Of a DNA stretch of 64,000 bases, positions 1 through 10,924 are shown one piece after another. Within the stretch, counting starts at the first letter, position 1. The number at the start of each line of letters is the position of its first letter. The notes under the pieces are model-generated. The model made no database searches. It saw only the letters and a list, made by a program, of their open reading frames with translations, and had not been told where the DNA came from. Both the position numbers and the translations under genes were made by a program. The stretch spans positions 160,001 to 224,000 of the forward strand of contig CAWFSF010000005.1 in the NCBI GenBank assembly GCA_963818475.1. The letters run 5' to 3'. Source of the DNA: Nitrospirota bacterium (GTDB lineage Bacteria > Nitrospirota > UBA9217).

Positions 1-310
1 GCACGTTCATATCGTCGTCCTCCACCCCCTGATGGGCCGAGAACGTGTCATGGCAAAGACCGGCCCGGATGCCGGGGATCTTGTTCGCCGCTACACTGGC
101 TCCCACGCCGCTGCCGCAGATCAGAATGCCCCGGACCGCCTTGCCCGCTCCGAGGGCTCTGCCGATGGCACGGGCATAATCAGGGTAGTCCACGGCCTCT
201 TCGCTGTTCGTGCCGAAGTCCTGCACCGTATGGCCGAGCGAGGACACGTATCGGGTGAGCACTTCCTTCAACCGGAACCCGCCGTGATCAGCTGCGAGCG
301 CTATGACCAT
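1..310 (-). CDS. rpiB: RpiB/LacA/LacB family sugar-phosphate isomerase (partial, one frameshift)
   Basis: Manual translation [16 protein letters not shown]...VDYPDYA, then after a frameshift [27 protein letters not shown]...[11 protein letters not shown]; runs off the window edge. Confidence 0.85.
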   Translation of the reverse strand, partial: MVIALAADHGGFRLKEVLTRYVSSLGHTVQDFGTNSEEAVDYPDYARAIGRALGAGKAVRGILICGSGVGASVAANKIPGIRAGLCHDTFSAHQGVEDDDMNV

Positions 311-453
311 GGGACGCCTCATTCACGTATGCGCAGTCAGATGGCTCCTCTGCGGCTTCTGTTCATACTTTAGTCCGTTTACCGATAAATTCTCGTGAAA
401 AACGCAAGGACAATAAAAAGATAACACCCGGGAGAGGGAAGTCAAGAGAGCAA

Positions 454-507
454 CGGGGGTCGCTTCACCATCTGACATTGTTGTCAACGTTGAAGGAACG
501 ACCCCCG
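454..507. repeat. REP-like imperfect palindrome
   Basis: CGGGGGTCGCTTC...GAACGACCCCCG with inner TGACA-ttgt-TGTCA. Confidence 0.5.
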
Positions 508-606
508 ATTTCGTCAGCCTGCTTATACGTGGACGTCCTGATATCTCCCTGCAATTTTATGATTCAAACGATCAGGGACAGGATACGTCGGGACCGTGCT
601 TCGCGA

Positions 607-960
607 TCAATAGCGGTAGATGTCCTCCTTCTTATCCAGGCCCGGTTCTTTCATGGCGGGTCCGGTGTCAGAAGGCATGGTCATGTCTTTCTCTGTGGGA
701 GCCGGCTTCTCGGAGGTCTCGTCCATCGGGTTGGAACCCGGCTTTTCCATTCCGCCGGCAGCCGAGCCTCCTGCGCCCGGCTGTGACTGCATCTGGTTGA
801 CCGTGCTCTTGCTCTGATCCTGGTCGAGCTTCTGGAGATCCTCGTTGCTGATCATCTTGTCACCAAGGTCCTTGCTCTCGGGCATCTTGTCATCTGCATA
901 GGCCATTCCAAAGGCAAGTACGAACGCCATTCCCGCTAAAAGGGATAGTACCTTTTTCAT
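607..960 (-). CDS. Secreted low-complexity hypothetical protein
   Basis: Signal peptide MKKVLSLLAGMAFVLAFGMAYA; GGAGG RBS upstream. Confidence 0.75.
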   Translation of the reverse strand: MKKVLSLLAGMAFVLAFGMAYADDKMPESKDLGDKMISNEDLQKLDQDQSKSTVNQMQSQPGAGGSAAGGMEKPGSNPMDETSEKPAPTEKDMTMPSDTGPAMKEPGLDKKEDIYRY

Positions 961-1166
961 AGGTATCACCTCCTTCCCTCACTTGAAATATTTCTCGATT
1001 ATATCTCCGGCTTTCGCGTTGTCAAGAAAGGGACAACTACGACTAAAGAGGGAAAATTCATGCAGGTGATCAGAAGCATTATTCATGATATTGCAGTACA
1101 CGGGTGGATGGAAGCGTCCGCAGATAGGCGCGACTGTTCAAGCACGCTTGCCTTTGCAGAACAATC

Positions 1167-1194
1167 TTGACATCACAAGCCTGCGTGGTAACCT
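1167..1194 (+). promoter_or_regulatory. Sigma70-like promoter
   Basis: TTGACA-N16-TAACCT upstream of the 1269 ORF. Confidence 0.45.
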
Positions 1195-1268
1195 TTAAAT
1201 ATACGTATGGCTGTCCAGCCGGCATGATCGGCGCACGGCAGCTCTCCCAGGAAAAGGGGTGATGCAGT

Positions 1269-1691
1269 ATGTTCGTTCGGGATTACGAATGGTATGTCAG
1301 GCACCTGACTGAGCACGTCCGCATGAAACCCGAGGACGTTGTCATTGTAGAGGACATCGCAGCGTGGTGCGCGGAGCACGGCGTGCAGGAGCGGGACAGG
1401 GACAAACCGCTCAAGCTCGTGTCCGGGAACGGCGCCGGCACGCACATGCTTATCGCCGCGATGATCCCCGACCAGGTCATCGAGGAAAGGATCAACGCCC
1501 TCCGGATCCGGAGCCAGCTCAAAAGCGTGGCCTTCGACCGGGCGGACTTGCTCAATTCAGCGACCAGGAAGCTCTCCTATCTTTTTCTGAAGGAATACGC
1601 ATCGAGCATTCCTGATCTGAAAGGCGACGAACTGGCTTCCGATGAATGGGTGTTCGAGCAGATGAAATGGTTTGGGATGTTGAACCCGTAG
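1269..1691 (+). CDS. Hypothetical protein
   Basis: 140-aa ORF with RBS and protein-like composition. Confidence 0.65.
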   Translation: MFVRDYEWYVRHLTEHVRMKPEDVVIVEDIAAWCAEHGVQERDRDKPLKLVSGNGAGTHMLIAAMIPDQVIEERINALRIRSQLKSVAFDRADLLNSATRKLSYLFLKEYASSIPDLKGDELASDEWVFEQMKWFGMLNP

Positions 1692-1768
1692 AAGAACGTC
1701 CTGATCATATATAAACTGCCGCATGTCATGGGGCGGTCTCAGAGGATCATGGAAAAGGGGGCATTCGT

Positions 1769-2404
1769 ATGAAAGTCGGCATACTCGGATCAGGAGTGGT
1801 TGCACAGGTTCTGGCAGGTGGTTTTCTGAAATACGACCATGAAGTAATGATGGGAACCCGCGACCAGGGCAAACTGGCGGATTGGAAGGCGAAAAATCCG
1901 AAAGTCCGTGTCGGCAGCTTCGCTGATGCAGCGGCCTTCGGCGAACTCGTGGTCCTGGCGGTCAAAGGCTCGGCAGCAGCGGAAGCGCTCCGTGCAGCAG
2001 CTGCTGCTCTGGCAGGCAAAGCGGTCATGGATGTGACAAACCCGATTGCCGACCTTCCCCCGGAGAACGGCGTGATCCGGTACTTTACCGACATCAACGG
2101 GTCACTGATGGAGCGCCTCCAGAAAGAATTCCCCGCTGCCCGATTCGTCAAGGCATTCAATTCCGTGGGTAACGCCGGTATGGTCAACCCGGCGTTCTCT
2201 GGCGGGAAGCCGACGATGTTCCTCTGCGGCAATGACGACGCTGCCAAGAAGACCGTCATAAAGATCATTGAACAATTCGGATGGGAACCCGAGGACATGG
2301 GCAAGGCGGAAGCAGCGCGTGCCATAGAACCGCTCTGCATGCTCTGGTGCATTCCCGGTTTCCTCAGGAACGATTGGATGCACGCGTTCAAACTCGTGCG
2401 ATAA
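1769..2404 (+). CDS. NADPH-dependent F420 reductase-like NAD(P)-binding oxidoreductase
   Basis: MKVGILGSGVVA Rossmann motif, DVTNP, VKAFN. Confidence 0.85.
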   Translation: MKVGILGSGVVAQVLAGGFLKYDHEVMMGTRDQGKLADWKAKNPKVRVGSFADAAAFGELVVLAVKGSAAAEALRAAAAALAGKAVMDVTNPIADLPPENGVIRYFTDINGSLMERLQKEFPAARFVKAFNSVGNAGMVNPAFSGGKPTMFLCGNDDAAKKTVIKIIEQFGWEPEDMGKAEAARAIEPLCMLWCIPGFLRNDWMHAFKLVR

Positions 2405-2654
2405 CGCCAGAAGGAAGACAGGGGGATATGTTTTCAACGCTGCAAAGGAAGGGGAACCCCTGTGTTCTTCCGGCGGTCTTCTTACGCAGCGCCCTGCTCG
2501 TCGCCTTTGTCTACCGTAGAAGTAATCGCTCATCAAAACCTTGTCCCGCAAGGAGTCCCACTGCGTTCCTATAATCAACCTATTCATCCCAAGTGCATCA
2601 CCAATGTAAGACACCAAAACGAAAGACACTTGGAGGTCCCCGGTCGATCGGATT

Positions 2655-3243
2655 ATGGAGAGTACGATGACAATTGAAGCGATCCTTTGGCGAAGGCTGG
2701 ACAGCCCGGGTCATGAGTACGCGCGGCTGTCGCGAGACGATGCGGGATGGCGGCTGGCCGGAACAGCGGTTTTTCAGCATGAGCAGCAGCCCTGCATGCT
2801 TGCCTATGTCGTCCTCTGCGACGAACAATGGCGAACGAGATCGGCGGAGCGTCTCCGGATGGGTGGGCGGCAGGCAGATTTCCCTTGAGGTGACCATTGA
2901 CAGCCAGGGATCGTGGCGAATGAACGGGTCCGTCCACCCGGAGCTGGCCGGATGCATTGACCTGGACCTGAACTTCAGTCCGTCGACCAATCTCCTTCCG
3001 ATCCGGAGGTTGAACCTGCTGGAAGGCCGGTCCGTGCACGTGACAGCTGCATGGCTGCGCTTTCCCGAGTTTACCCTGGAGCCGCTCGAACAGACGTATA
3101 CGCGCTTGAACGGCAACACGATCCGTTACGAAAGTTCAGGCGGTGCGTTTGTTGCTGAACTCAAAGTGAACCCTTCCGGCTTTGTTACAAGTTACCCTGG
3201 ATACTGGGAGGCAGAGACAACCTACCCCCAAGGAATTTCTTAA
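2655..3243 (+). CDS. Putative glycolipid-binding domain protein (DUF1089-like), frameshifted
   Basis: ILWRRLDSPGHE in one frame; GCIDLDLNFSPSTNLLPIRRL...YPGYW in the next. Confidence 0.8.
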
Positions 3244-3399
3244 TTGGAAAAACAAGGCACCTGTCACTTTTGACAGGTGACGGCGAACAGTAAATCAGAT
3301 ACAATCATGCTAGCAAATTGTCGAGGGTATCCAGCATCATATCGAAACCCCGTTTTTCAGCTGAGCCCATACACATCTAACACATTGAGATTGTAGAAT

Positions 3400-5277
3400 A
3401 TGGTCCTAGAAAAAAAACATAAATATCCAAAAGGGTCTGATACGTTAAAGACATTGGCGGAATTATTTTTGCCTCATTACGAGGGAGTAGACGCCTTACA
3501 TTACCGGGCAAACCATCCAGAGCAAATCGATCTTCTAAATAACTTGGAAAGAGATGACCTTGTAAAAAGAGAGAATGATATATACCGGATGCGATTAACC
3601 GGCTTGGTCTTGCTGAGCGATAGCAATGAATATGTAGGAAATCTCATATCCAAATTTGAAACTCTATTTAATATTTTAAAAAGCCATTACAAGACAAACC
3701 AGCGTGATTACATGAAGGTCGCCGAGTTGGCGTCGCTCTCTGGTTTTGCGCAGGAGGAAGTTAAGGAATGTCTTAGTTACATGATCGTTGCTCCTGTCTG
3801 GGCAGGCCACTCGACAGATTTTTATATAGATAAAGACCCTGGAATTAGGCCATCCGAGGAAATAGTTAAATATAATAATTTCCAGGAAGCAATCGATCGG
3901 GTTCTAAAGTGGTCCGATGATCGCATTAATGCACGACTTATACAAGAACGTTCTCTTTCACGTACCAAGCGATTGTCAAAAAACTTTATAGCTATGAGTG
4001 ATGTCTTTCCTGCAAAACAACCGGCACTTGGTGCACGCTCAAAAAAGAAACTAATTACTTTTGAAACTGCTTTCGACATATATACAGCCGTAAGTCAAAT
4101 AGGAGAAGGCGGCGCTGGACGAATTTATAAGGCAAAAGACAAGTCAGGAGATATGTGGGCTGTAAAATTATTAGATCCTGAAAAAGTTTCCGGTGACAAA
4201 GTCAGGCGTTTTAAAAACGAATTGACTTTCTGCTTGAAGAATGAGCATGCAAATATAGTTACCGTTACTGATCACGGTGTTTTTAAGAAAGGTACGAAGT
4301 CATCTCCGTTTTATGTGATGAAGCTTTATGATGGGTCACTCCGGACACTAATACGCGCAGGTATTGCCACCAATAAGATATTGGCTTACTTTGGGCAACT
4401 ATTAGATGGTGTAGAAGCTGCACATCTGCTAAAAGTTACTCATCGCGACCTGAAGCCAGAGAATATTCTTTATGACAGCAAAAGTGACCTTCTCGTGGTC
4501 GCAGATTTCGGGATTGCTCATTTTGAGGAAGAAGAGATGTATACTGCCGTAGAGACCAAGGACTCTACCCGTCTTGCGAATTTCCAATACGCGGCACCTG
4601 AGCAGCGAGGGAGAGGTAATGAAATAGATCGGCGAGCCGATATTTATGCGCTCGGGTTGATCTTAAATGAGATGTTCACAAGAGATATTCCGCAAGGGGT
4701 CGATTATAAAACAGTGGGCAGCGTGGCGCCAGACTATGCCTACATAGATGATCTTATAAAAAAAATGATTCAACAAAAGCCGGAGACTCGCATATTCATC
4801 ATCGAAGAGATTAAGAGGGAGCTGATTGCCAGGAAAAATGAATTTATTGTTAGGCAACAACTAGACGAAGCGAGAAAAAAGGTTATTTCAGTGGCTGTAG
4901 CTGATCAGGTAGAACCAGTCCGCCTGATCGGTGTTGATTATCAGAGCGGGAATCTCACATTCGAACTGAGCCGTGTTCCTGAACCTGGATGGATACAAAG
5001 ATTTCAGCAGCCCAAAGAAGGTTTTTCTGAAATAATGGGTAAAGGCCCGGTTGCATTTCAATTCAGCGGGAAAACTGCTGTTATCCCGGCGAGAGAAGCA
5101 GAAGCACAGCAATTAGTAAATAACTTTAAACAATATATCCAAATGGCTACACGGGGGTATCAATCCGACATTGCAACACGGTCGGCAAAGGAAGAAGCTG
5201 AGCAACGACGTAGATTAGAACGCGAATTGGCAGAAGCGGAGACTCGGGCGAGGGTACTTAAGAACATCAAGATTTAA
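3400..5277 (+). CDS. Hanks-type Ser/Thr protein kinase with unknown N- and C-terminal domains
   Basis: GEGGAG loop, AVK lysine, HRDLKPEN, DFG, APE; low GC. Confidence 0.9.
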   Translation: MVLEKKHKYPKGSDTLKTLAELFLPHYEGVDALHYRANHPEQIDLLNNLERDDLVKRENDIYRMRLTGLVLLSDSNEYVGNLISKFETLFNILKSHYKTNQRDYMKVAELASLSGFAQEEVKECLSYMIVAPVWAGHSTDFYIDKDPGIRPSEEIVKYNNFQEAIDRVLKWSDDRINARLIQERSLSRTKRLSKNFIAMSDVFPAKQPALGARSKKKLITFETAFDIYTAVSQIGEGGAGRIYKAKDKSGDMWAVKLLDPEKVSGDKVRRFKNELTFCLKNEHANIVTVTDHGVFKKGTKSSPFYVMKLYDGSLRTLIRAGIATNKILAYFGQLLDGVEAAHLLKVTHRDLKPENILYDSKSDLLVVADFGIAHFEEEEMYTAVETKDSTRLANFQYAAPEQRGRGNEIDRRADIYALGLILNEMFTRDIPQGVDYKTVGSVAPDYAYIDDLIKKMIQQKPETRIFIIEEIKRELIARKNEFIVRQQLDEARKKVISVAVADQVEPVRLIGVDYQSGNLTFELSRVPEPGWIQRFQQPKEGFSEIMGKGPVAFQFSGKTAVIPAREAEAQQLVNNFKQYIQMATRGYQSDIATRSAKEEAEQRRRLERELAEAETRARVLKNIKI

Positions 5278-5311
5278 AAAAGCTTGCCCAAAGGACACCA
5301 AACAAGGAACT

Positions 5312-5947
5312 ATGGGACATAAGGAATCTATGTTTGAATCAATTCGGAAAGAGTTCTTTTATGCAGTTTTGTTGTTATTGGCAACTGCAGCTGTTTCTTA
5401 CTTATACCATAGATACACTGTAAATGAATTGGAAGTTGATTATACAATTGTGGATATTAAAATACCTGTTAGCTCCAGCCTGGCTCTACAGAATAAAAAT
5501 GGCAAGCAGCAAGTGAATAAATTGAAAGCGATGAGGATACTTGTAAAGAACCAAACAGAAAGGCCAGTAGCTGTAACTTCAATCGAAGCCTATGGGTTAA
5601 AGGATTATTATGGTGTAAATGTTTCGCGCGTACATAATGAACAAGATGAAATCTACAATCAAGTTGCGATAGATTCGTTTGAAAAGAACGAAGGTAAATT
5701 AATAATAACGCATTTCGACGACCTTCCATCAAAAAGAGAATATGAAATATTTATTCTGGGGAATTTTTACCCAGTATATGTTCAGGTTAAATCTGACCTT
5801 GGAATAATCGTCGCTACTAAAACTATTGCTGTGAGGGGCATAGAACTTTTTTTTGCTCGTTATTGGTCATTAGTCATAGTTGTCACAGTACTATCTATGG
5901 CATTGGTTGTATACTATTATAAAAGTAAGAATGTTTCAAAATCATGA
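5312..5947 (+). CDS. Hypothetical membrane protein
   Basis: N- and C-terminal hydrophobic helices; low GC. Confidence 0.65.
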   Translation: MGHKESMFESIRKEFFYAVLLLLATAAVSYLYHRYTVNELEVDYTIVDIKIPVSSSLALQNKNGKQQVNKLKAMRILVKNQTERPVAVTSIEAYGLKDYYGVNVSRVHNEQDEIYNQVAIDSFEKNEGKLIITHFDDLPSKREYEIFILGNFYPVYVQVKSDLGIIVATKTIAVRGIELFFARYWSLVIVVTVLSMALVVYYYKSKNVSKS

Positions 5948-7077
5948 GTTACGAAATCAAACGAGCACTAATATTGTCGTCAAGACGATTGATTGCATTT
6001 TCAATCGATGTTTTTTTTGCTTTATTTACCTTATTGTTAATAGAAGGGTTCATGGGCATTTTTTTAGCACATTTCACGCAATATGACACAAGGGAAAAGG
6101 CCAATCAATTCATAAGTATCTTTAATGGCGCACATGTCCTAATAATTCCGATAATGCTCGGCATTAACAATTCAATCCTGTTTGACGGACAATCTATAGG
6201 CTCAAAGCTAGTAAGGCTAAAAGTTTTTTCTCTATCCTCTCCATGGATGTCTGTCGCAGGTTGCATTTTGCGCTCTTTCCTCTTGCTAGGCCCGCCATAT
6301 CTTTATCTTAATCTAATTTTCATTCCATATGCTTCGCGTAATGTTACTTCTGAATTGCAGATCCCATTCCTAGAATTCGCAACGCTCATATGGTTCATAT
6401 TAATAATGCCGATATCAATTATTGCAGGTCGAGGCCAACAAGGATTGCACGATTGGATTTTAAGTATCAGAGTTGCTATGTTGCCATCACAACGACCTTA
6501 CAAAAAAGTTACTCAATCTTCATTGTCAGTATTCGCTTTTTTAACTATATCGATTATTGTTTCAGTTCTCCTGACTCAAGTCATTCAAAATAGCGTATTT
6601 ATGAAGAGGACTGTTAGCTTAATAGCTCCTGTTACCGACCGTATTTAGAAAAAACCAGTTCCTTCTTGGGTTGGTCAAGCCTATTATGATTTAGAAGGTG
6701 CATTGGACCCTGATAAGTATTCTGATTTAGCTGTTCTACTTTTTGTTGAGATGACGCCTATGAAAATTGAGGACTCTGATATTACAATTCCAGCTTATAC
6801 AGAAATAACAGACATACGTGTAAGCACGTGTGAGCCAGGTATTAATAGATTGAAAGAGGCGACCCTGGCGATTGGGAAAAGCGTTCAGCATGCGAATTTA
6901 AAATCAAAGTTTTTTAAAATAACTCTTTCGCGCGACATTGATGTGGGTATTATTCGATATGCGTTATCCTCTGAATGCCTTTATCAGAACGAAATTGAAA
7001 AGCCCCTAGATTGCCACTTCGGCATAGGCGCAGGCCTCAGATTCGGTAAGGAAGAACCTATAGGGTCACCCATTTAA
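5944..7077 (+). CDS. RDD family membrane protein interrupted by an in-frame TAG at 6646-6648
   Basis: RRLIAFSID, GQSIGSKLVRLKV, QGLHD motifs; the frame stays open after the TAG into the 6703-7077 ORF. Confidence 0.65.
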
Positions 7078-7229
7078 AGGGCACCATCAAGCGAAAACAG
7101 CTATCTCGTGACGAGAACGGGGTGTAAGGGGTGCCTTCATATGATTATCAGACTTAAATCTGTAGTTATTGACATCATTGCAAGGCAGACTACGATAACT
7201 CCACAATCAAATCTGACCCCAGAAAGACC

Positions 7230-7390
7230 TCGAGGCTACGTGTACGTTCACTTTCGTTGCGACCCGGAAACTTGCTCACCCCGCTATACGGGGCTTTGTC
7301 GATGGGCTTCAAAAGGCAACGTTTCCCTCACCTCCTGCCATCCAAGCTACATGGCTTTGGCTTTTTGCCATGGCGGGACTTGCACCCGCG
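7230..7390 (-). mobile_element. Group II intron 5' (domain I) remnant without an RT ORF
   Basis: GCGGGTGCAAGTCCCGCC...GTAGCTTGGATGGCAGG...GAAGCCCATCGACAAAGCC...GGGTCGCAACGAAAGTGAAC...GCCTCGA resembles bacterial group II intron domain I; GTGCG start absent. Confidence 0.7.
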
Positions 7391-7448
7391 AAATACGGTT
7401 ATGAGCTTTAACACTGCAAAGAAGTGACGCTGTGACGCAATCAGCCAT

Positions 7449-7482
7449 AAAAAGGCCGGCAGTCTTATGATCTGCCGGCCTT
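7449..7482 (-). terminator. Intrinsic terminator
   Basis: AAGGCCGGCAG-loop-CTGCCGGCCTT followed by a T run on the minus strand. Confidence 0.75.
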
Positions 7483-7601
7483 GTCTCGATTACTATCGCC
7501 CTTCATACGCATCAGCATCAGCCGCGCTCGAAAACTCTATCGGCACTGCTGAGCTTTTTTCTGCGGCCTCATCGCAGTTTCTCGGAAATAACAAGTCAGA
7601 T

Positions 7602-8574
7602 TCATTTCTTTGCCAACGACTTGTCGAAATTTTTTTTGAAATCCTTGAACGCGACATCCGTAAGCGCGTAGAAATCCCGCTGCACCTTTCCGTCGGTTCT
7701 TTCAAATCGATGATCCCATTTCTCTCCTTGGTGAAACCAAAAGATCCTCCCTTACTATCAACCTTATAGAGCGGGACGCCGGCGTTCGAGGGTGAGAGAT
7801 CGTCGATGGTGCGAGCACCGGTGTCGATCGCGACCTTGCCGTCCCTTGTGACCAGTATCAATGCCGGCTCCATTTTGATCGTATCGAGGCCGCGCCCTCC
7901 CCAGGTGATGTTCTCTCCTGCTCGGCGTATTCCGGTCTGAAGGAATATGACAATCAGCCCGTCCAGATTAAGCTTGGTCGCAAGCTCTCCGATCTTGGGC
8001 AACATTGCTTCCCGGTACTCACTTAGATCAGATTGCTTCATGCCTTTTTTTTGTCTTTCGGCGCAGCGCTGCTCGGCAGTTTCCAGATCATATTGCAGGG
8101 TATGACCGGCATGTCACGAGCAGCGAGATAGTGCTTTATTTGATTCTGTCCGACATTTTCGAGGGAGTACTCTGCTTCCAATTGTGCGCCTAGTTGATTT
8201 AATTTTGCTACAAATCCCGTAGCCTCGCTTCCTGACTTCTGCTGTTTCGGAGCAGCCGGACGCTTCAAAAAATCCTGGAAGAGCGCGTTGTTCTTATAGC
8301 TTAACGGCACGAGTTTCCATTCCGGACGGTTCGCAAGCATATCGGTATACAGCCCGGCCGCGTAGTCGATGGTTGACTGCATCACCTCATCGTCGGTCGA
8401 TTGCGTTCCGATTTTGTCGATGTTAACCGACAAGATGCCGACTTTTTTGACGTTCATAAGAACATCATGGTTCACCATTCCCGCACATCCAGTCACGAAA
8501 AGTGCTGCAACCACGGCGAAAGTCGCCACCCATGAAGAAAATTTCAGCTTCTTGATCATCTTTGTTCCGTACAT
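7602..8574 (-). CDS. Lipoprotein of unknown function (frameshifted; ORFs 8038-8631 and 7493-8041 joined)
   Basis: Lipobox LFVTGC; break at an A-homopolymer near 8045; alternate frame ends ...FDKSLAKK*. Confidence 0.6.
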
Positions 8575-8627
8575 AGCGCCCCCCTTTTTATATGTTGTCG
8601 ACTGCTTCACTCTGTCAATAGCGTGTC

Positions 8628-9740
8628 TCACTGCACACCCTGTTCCTGCAGTTTCTTCCCGTCTTCTGCCAGTGTGCGCACATTATGGATTTCCCAGTTG
8701 CATTTGTCGCAGCGGCCTATCTTCATCGCTTCCTTGAAAGCCGCTTCGGCCTCTTCAAAGCGGAAGCTGTACTCATAAGCGAGCCCCAGGTTCCACCATG
8801 CACCCTGATAGCCCGGGTTCTGTTTGACTGCGACCTTGAACTGCTCTGCTGCCTCGGGCCAAAGACCGCTCCGGGCAAACTCTACGCCTCTGTTCATTTC
8901 AGGAAGCTTGAGACCGTTCTTTGCGAAAGACACGGTGACGTAGTCGATATGCGGAGTGATCTGCCGCACAAAATCGGCCACCCCCTCGTTGACTGCCTCG
9001 TTCAGCATGTCGTTTTTGTCGGGATCCGGAGGAAGCGTGTCCTGTGCCCGGGTAGTCCGTTGTACTTTCTTCGAGATATTTTTGCTCGCAACGATCATGC
9101 CGGTTGATATGTTCACGATCTGGACTGTTGCCGAAGCCGAGGCAGTCCCCAGCTTGATAAAGGTCGTATGTGCCTTCCCTTTCGCATCCCTTTTCTGCGG
9201 CTCCTTGCTGTCCTGTTTTGTATACGAGAACGCGGTAATGTCGCCGCTCAGAAGATATCCTCCCCCTACCAGCTTTGCCATTTCCGCAGCGATCGCCTGA
9301 CTGTCGGGGCCAACCAGCTTCGGGTCCACATCCCGGAGCACTTTTTCCATGCCTTCCCGCCCGAGCAGCCGGTTTTTTCCGCTGCGGTATAACCGGTCAA
9401 GAAGCGCGCCCGTCAGCGCCTGCGTTGCCGTCGGCTGCAGATTCGGGTTGCTTTCCCGGAGCTTCTGCTCCAGGATTGTACGGTCAAAGACCTCGAACTT
9501 TCCCGTTTCTACCAGCTGCCGCGTCAAGGCCGCTGTCATGACCTCGCCGCCGTCCCCCTTGAACTCAGTGATCAGGACTTTCCGCGGTTCCTTCAGATAG
9601 ATCTCGGCGGGCCGCGTAACGGGCACACGCATCGCGGGTGCACAGGCCGGAACCAAAAACAGTGCCAAAAACAGTGTCAAAACACTCGCATTGCCGCACC
9701 TTGATCGCATTCGTTTCCTCCGTCGAACCGGGATTTCCAA
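8628..9740 (-). CDS. CsgG/HfaB-like lipoprotein with C-terminal TPR repeats
   Basis: Lipobox LVPAC; GKFEVFDR and ASATVQIVNISTG motifs; TPR AWWNLGLAYE. Confidence 0.7.
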   Translation of the reverse strand: MEIPVRRRKRMRSRCGNASVLTLFLALFLVPACAPAMRVPVTRPAEIYLKEPRKVLITEFKGDGGEVMTAALTRQLVETGKFEVFDRTILEQKLRESNPNLQPTATQALTGALLDRLYRSGKNRLLGREGMEKVLRDVDPKLVGPDSQAIAAEMAKLVGGGYLLSGDITAFSYTKQDSKEPQKRDAKGKAHTTFIKLGTASASATVQIVNISTGMIVASKNISKKVQRTTRAQDTLPPDPDKNDMLNEAVNEGVADFVRQITPHIDYVTVSFAKNGLKLPEMNRGVEFARSGLWPEAAEQFKVAVKQNPGYQGAWWNLGLAYEYSFRFEEAEAAFKEAMKIGRCDKCNWEIHNVRTLAEDGKKLQEQGVQ

Positions 9741-10215
9741 GTGAGTTGTTGAAACTATCCGGTTATAATAATATGCAACTGAGGTACTATATCAAAAAAT
9801 GCCGTTGTTGCACACTACATTCTAAAAAAATTATCCATATCGGATTACTCCCTAAAGTTTTGTCTCATCGGATAGTTTACGTGCCTCGTAGAAGATCCAG
9901 ATGTCGAATCGAGAACGTTGTATAAGGCGGTAAGGGTCATGGATAAAGAGCTTCACCAATGACCTTAATCCCGATGTGTGACTAGTGCAGTGAAGACTGA
10001 CACCCGAAACCAATGAAACTGCGGCAATGGTTAAGGATGAAGATAACGACAAGGCTCGATGAGAAACGTACCGTTGCTCGTCACGAGACCCCCGAGGTAT
10101 GTGCAACCTTGGGCACACGGACCGCATGTTTCATACTTATTGCGTCTTGACTTATAGATAATTTTTGGGAAAAATAAAGATGAGTAAATTAATCCAAATA
10201 CAAGAGGAGGTAACT

Positions 10216-10431
10216 ATGAACACAGATATTCTCAAAGGCGGATGGAAGAAGATCAAAGGAGAGGTCAAAGTCCAATGGGGTAAGCTGACTGAAGACGATC
10301 TGACTCAGATAGAGGGCGAATCTGAGAAGCTGATCGGGAGCCTGCAAAAACGGTATGGTTACTCGCGGGATGAGGCCATGAAGGAGTATGACAATTTCAT
10401 GGCAAGACGCAAGAGTAAAAAGGCTGCATAG
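10216..10431 (+). CDS. CsbD family stress protein
   Basis: MNTDILKGGWKKIKGEVKVQWGKLTEDDL...LQKRYG; GAGGAGG RBS. Confidence 0.9.
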   Translation: MNTDILKGGWKKIKGEVKVQWGKLTEDDLTQIEGESEKLIGSLQKRYGYSRDEAMKEYDNFMARRKSKKAA

Positions 10432-10579
10432 CAGCTGCATACGCTTAGAAAGGATGCCAGTCTCCACATCAAGCTTTTTAAAAAAAGGCACGGATTCCGT
10501 GCCTTTTCCTAAAGGAGGTGAAAAAAATGGCAACTAATCTGGCAGTATATGGTATAAAGACGGTCCAATATGAAGAATT

Positions 10580-10737
10580 TACAACGTCACCTGCCGTGGC
10601 AATGAGCGTAAAGACATCTACAAAGACGCCGACCGAGAGCGCTTCCTCCGGATCCTGAATCAGTCCGTCAACATCTACAGCGTCAAGCTTTGCAGTTATG
10701 TCCTCATGCCCAACCACTTTCATCTTCTCCTGACCTG
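10580..10737 (+). pseudogene. REP-associated tyrosine transposase (RAYT, Y1/HUH) fragment
   Basis: Manual translation YNVTCRGNERKDIY...YVLMPNHFHLLL with HUH motif; no start or C-terminus. Confidence 0.8.
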
Positions 10738-10837
10738 CGCACCTAGGCGATTGGCGGTAGGATAGGCGAAGCTGGTGTTCTCTTCTTTCATTTTTATCGG
10801 ACGCACCTCGATCCTTGCGGTTGTCCCAAGACCTCTT

Positions 10838-10924
10838 AGGGTCAGTCTCGCGGCTTGACATTTCCCCTTTCGTCAGCTATTTTTTTATCATGTCCCGTCC
10901 CCTCCGCATCGAATATCCTGGCGG
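10838..10924 (+). pseudogene. RAYT 5' end fragment with GGGTCAG motif and TTGACA
   Basis: ATG at 10890 encodes MSRPLRIEYPG, a typical RAYT N-terminus, then breaks off. Confidence 0.7.

Noticed and set aside
9880-10135. Intergenic stretch before csbD as an ncRNA or small gene
   Set aside because: No convincing nested pairing, terminator or recognisable ORF; probably decayed coding sequence
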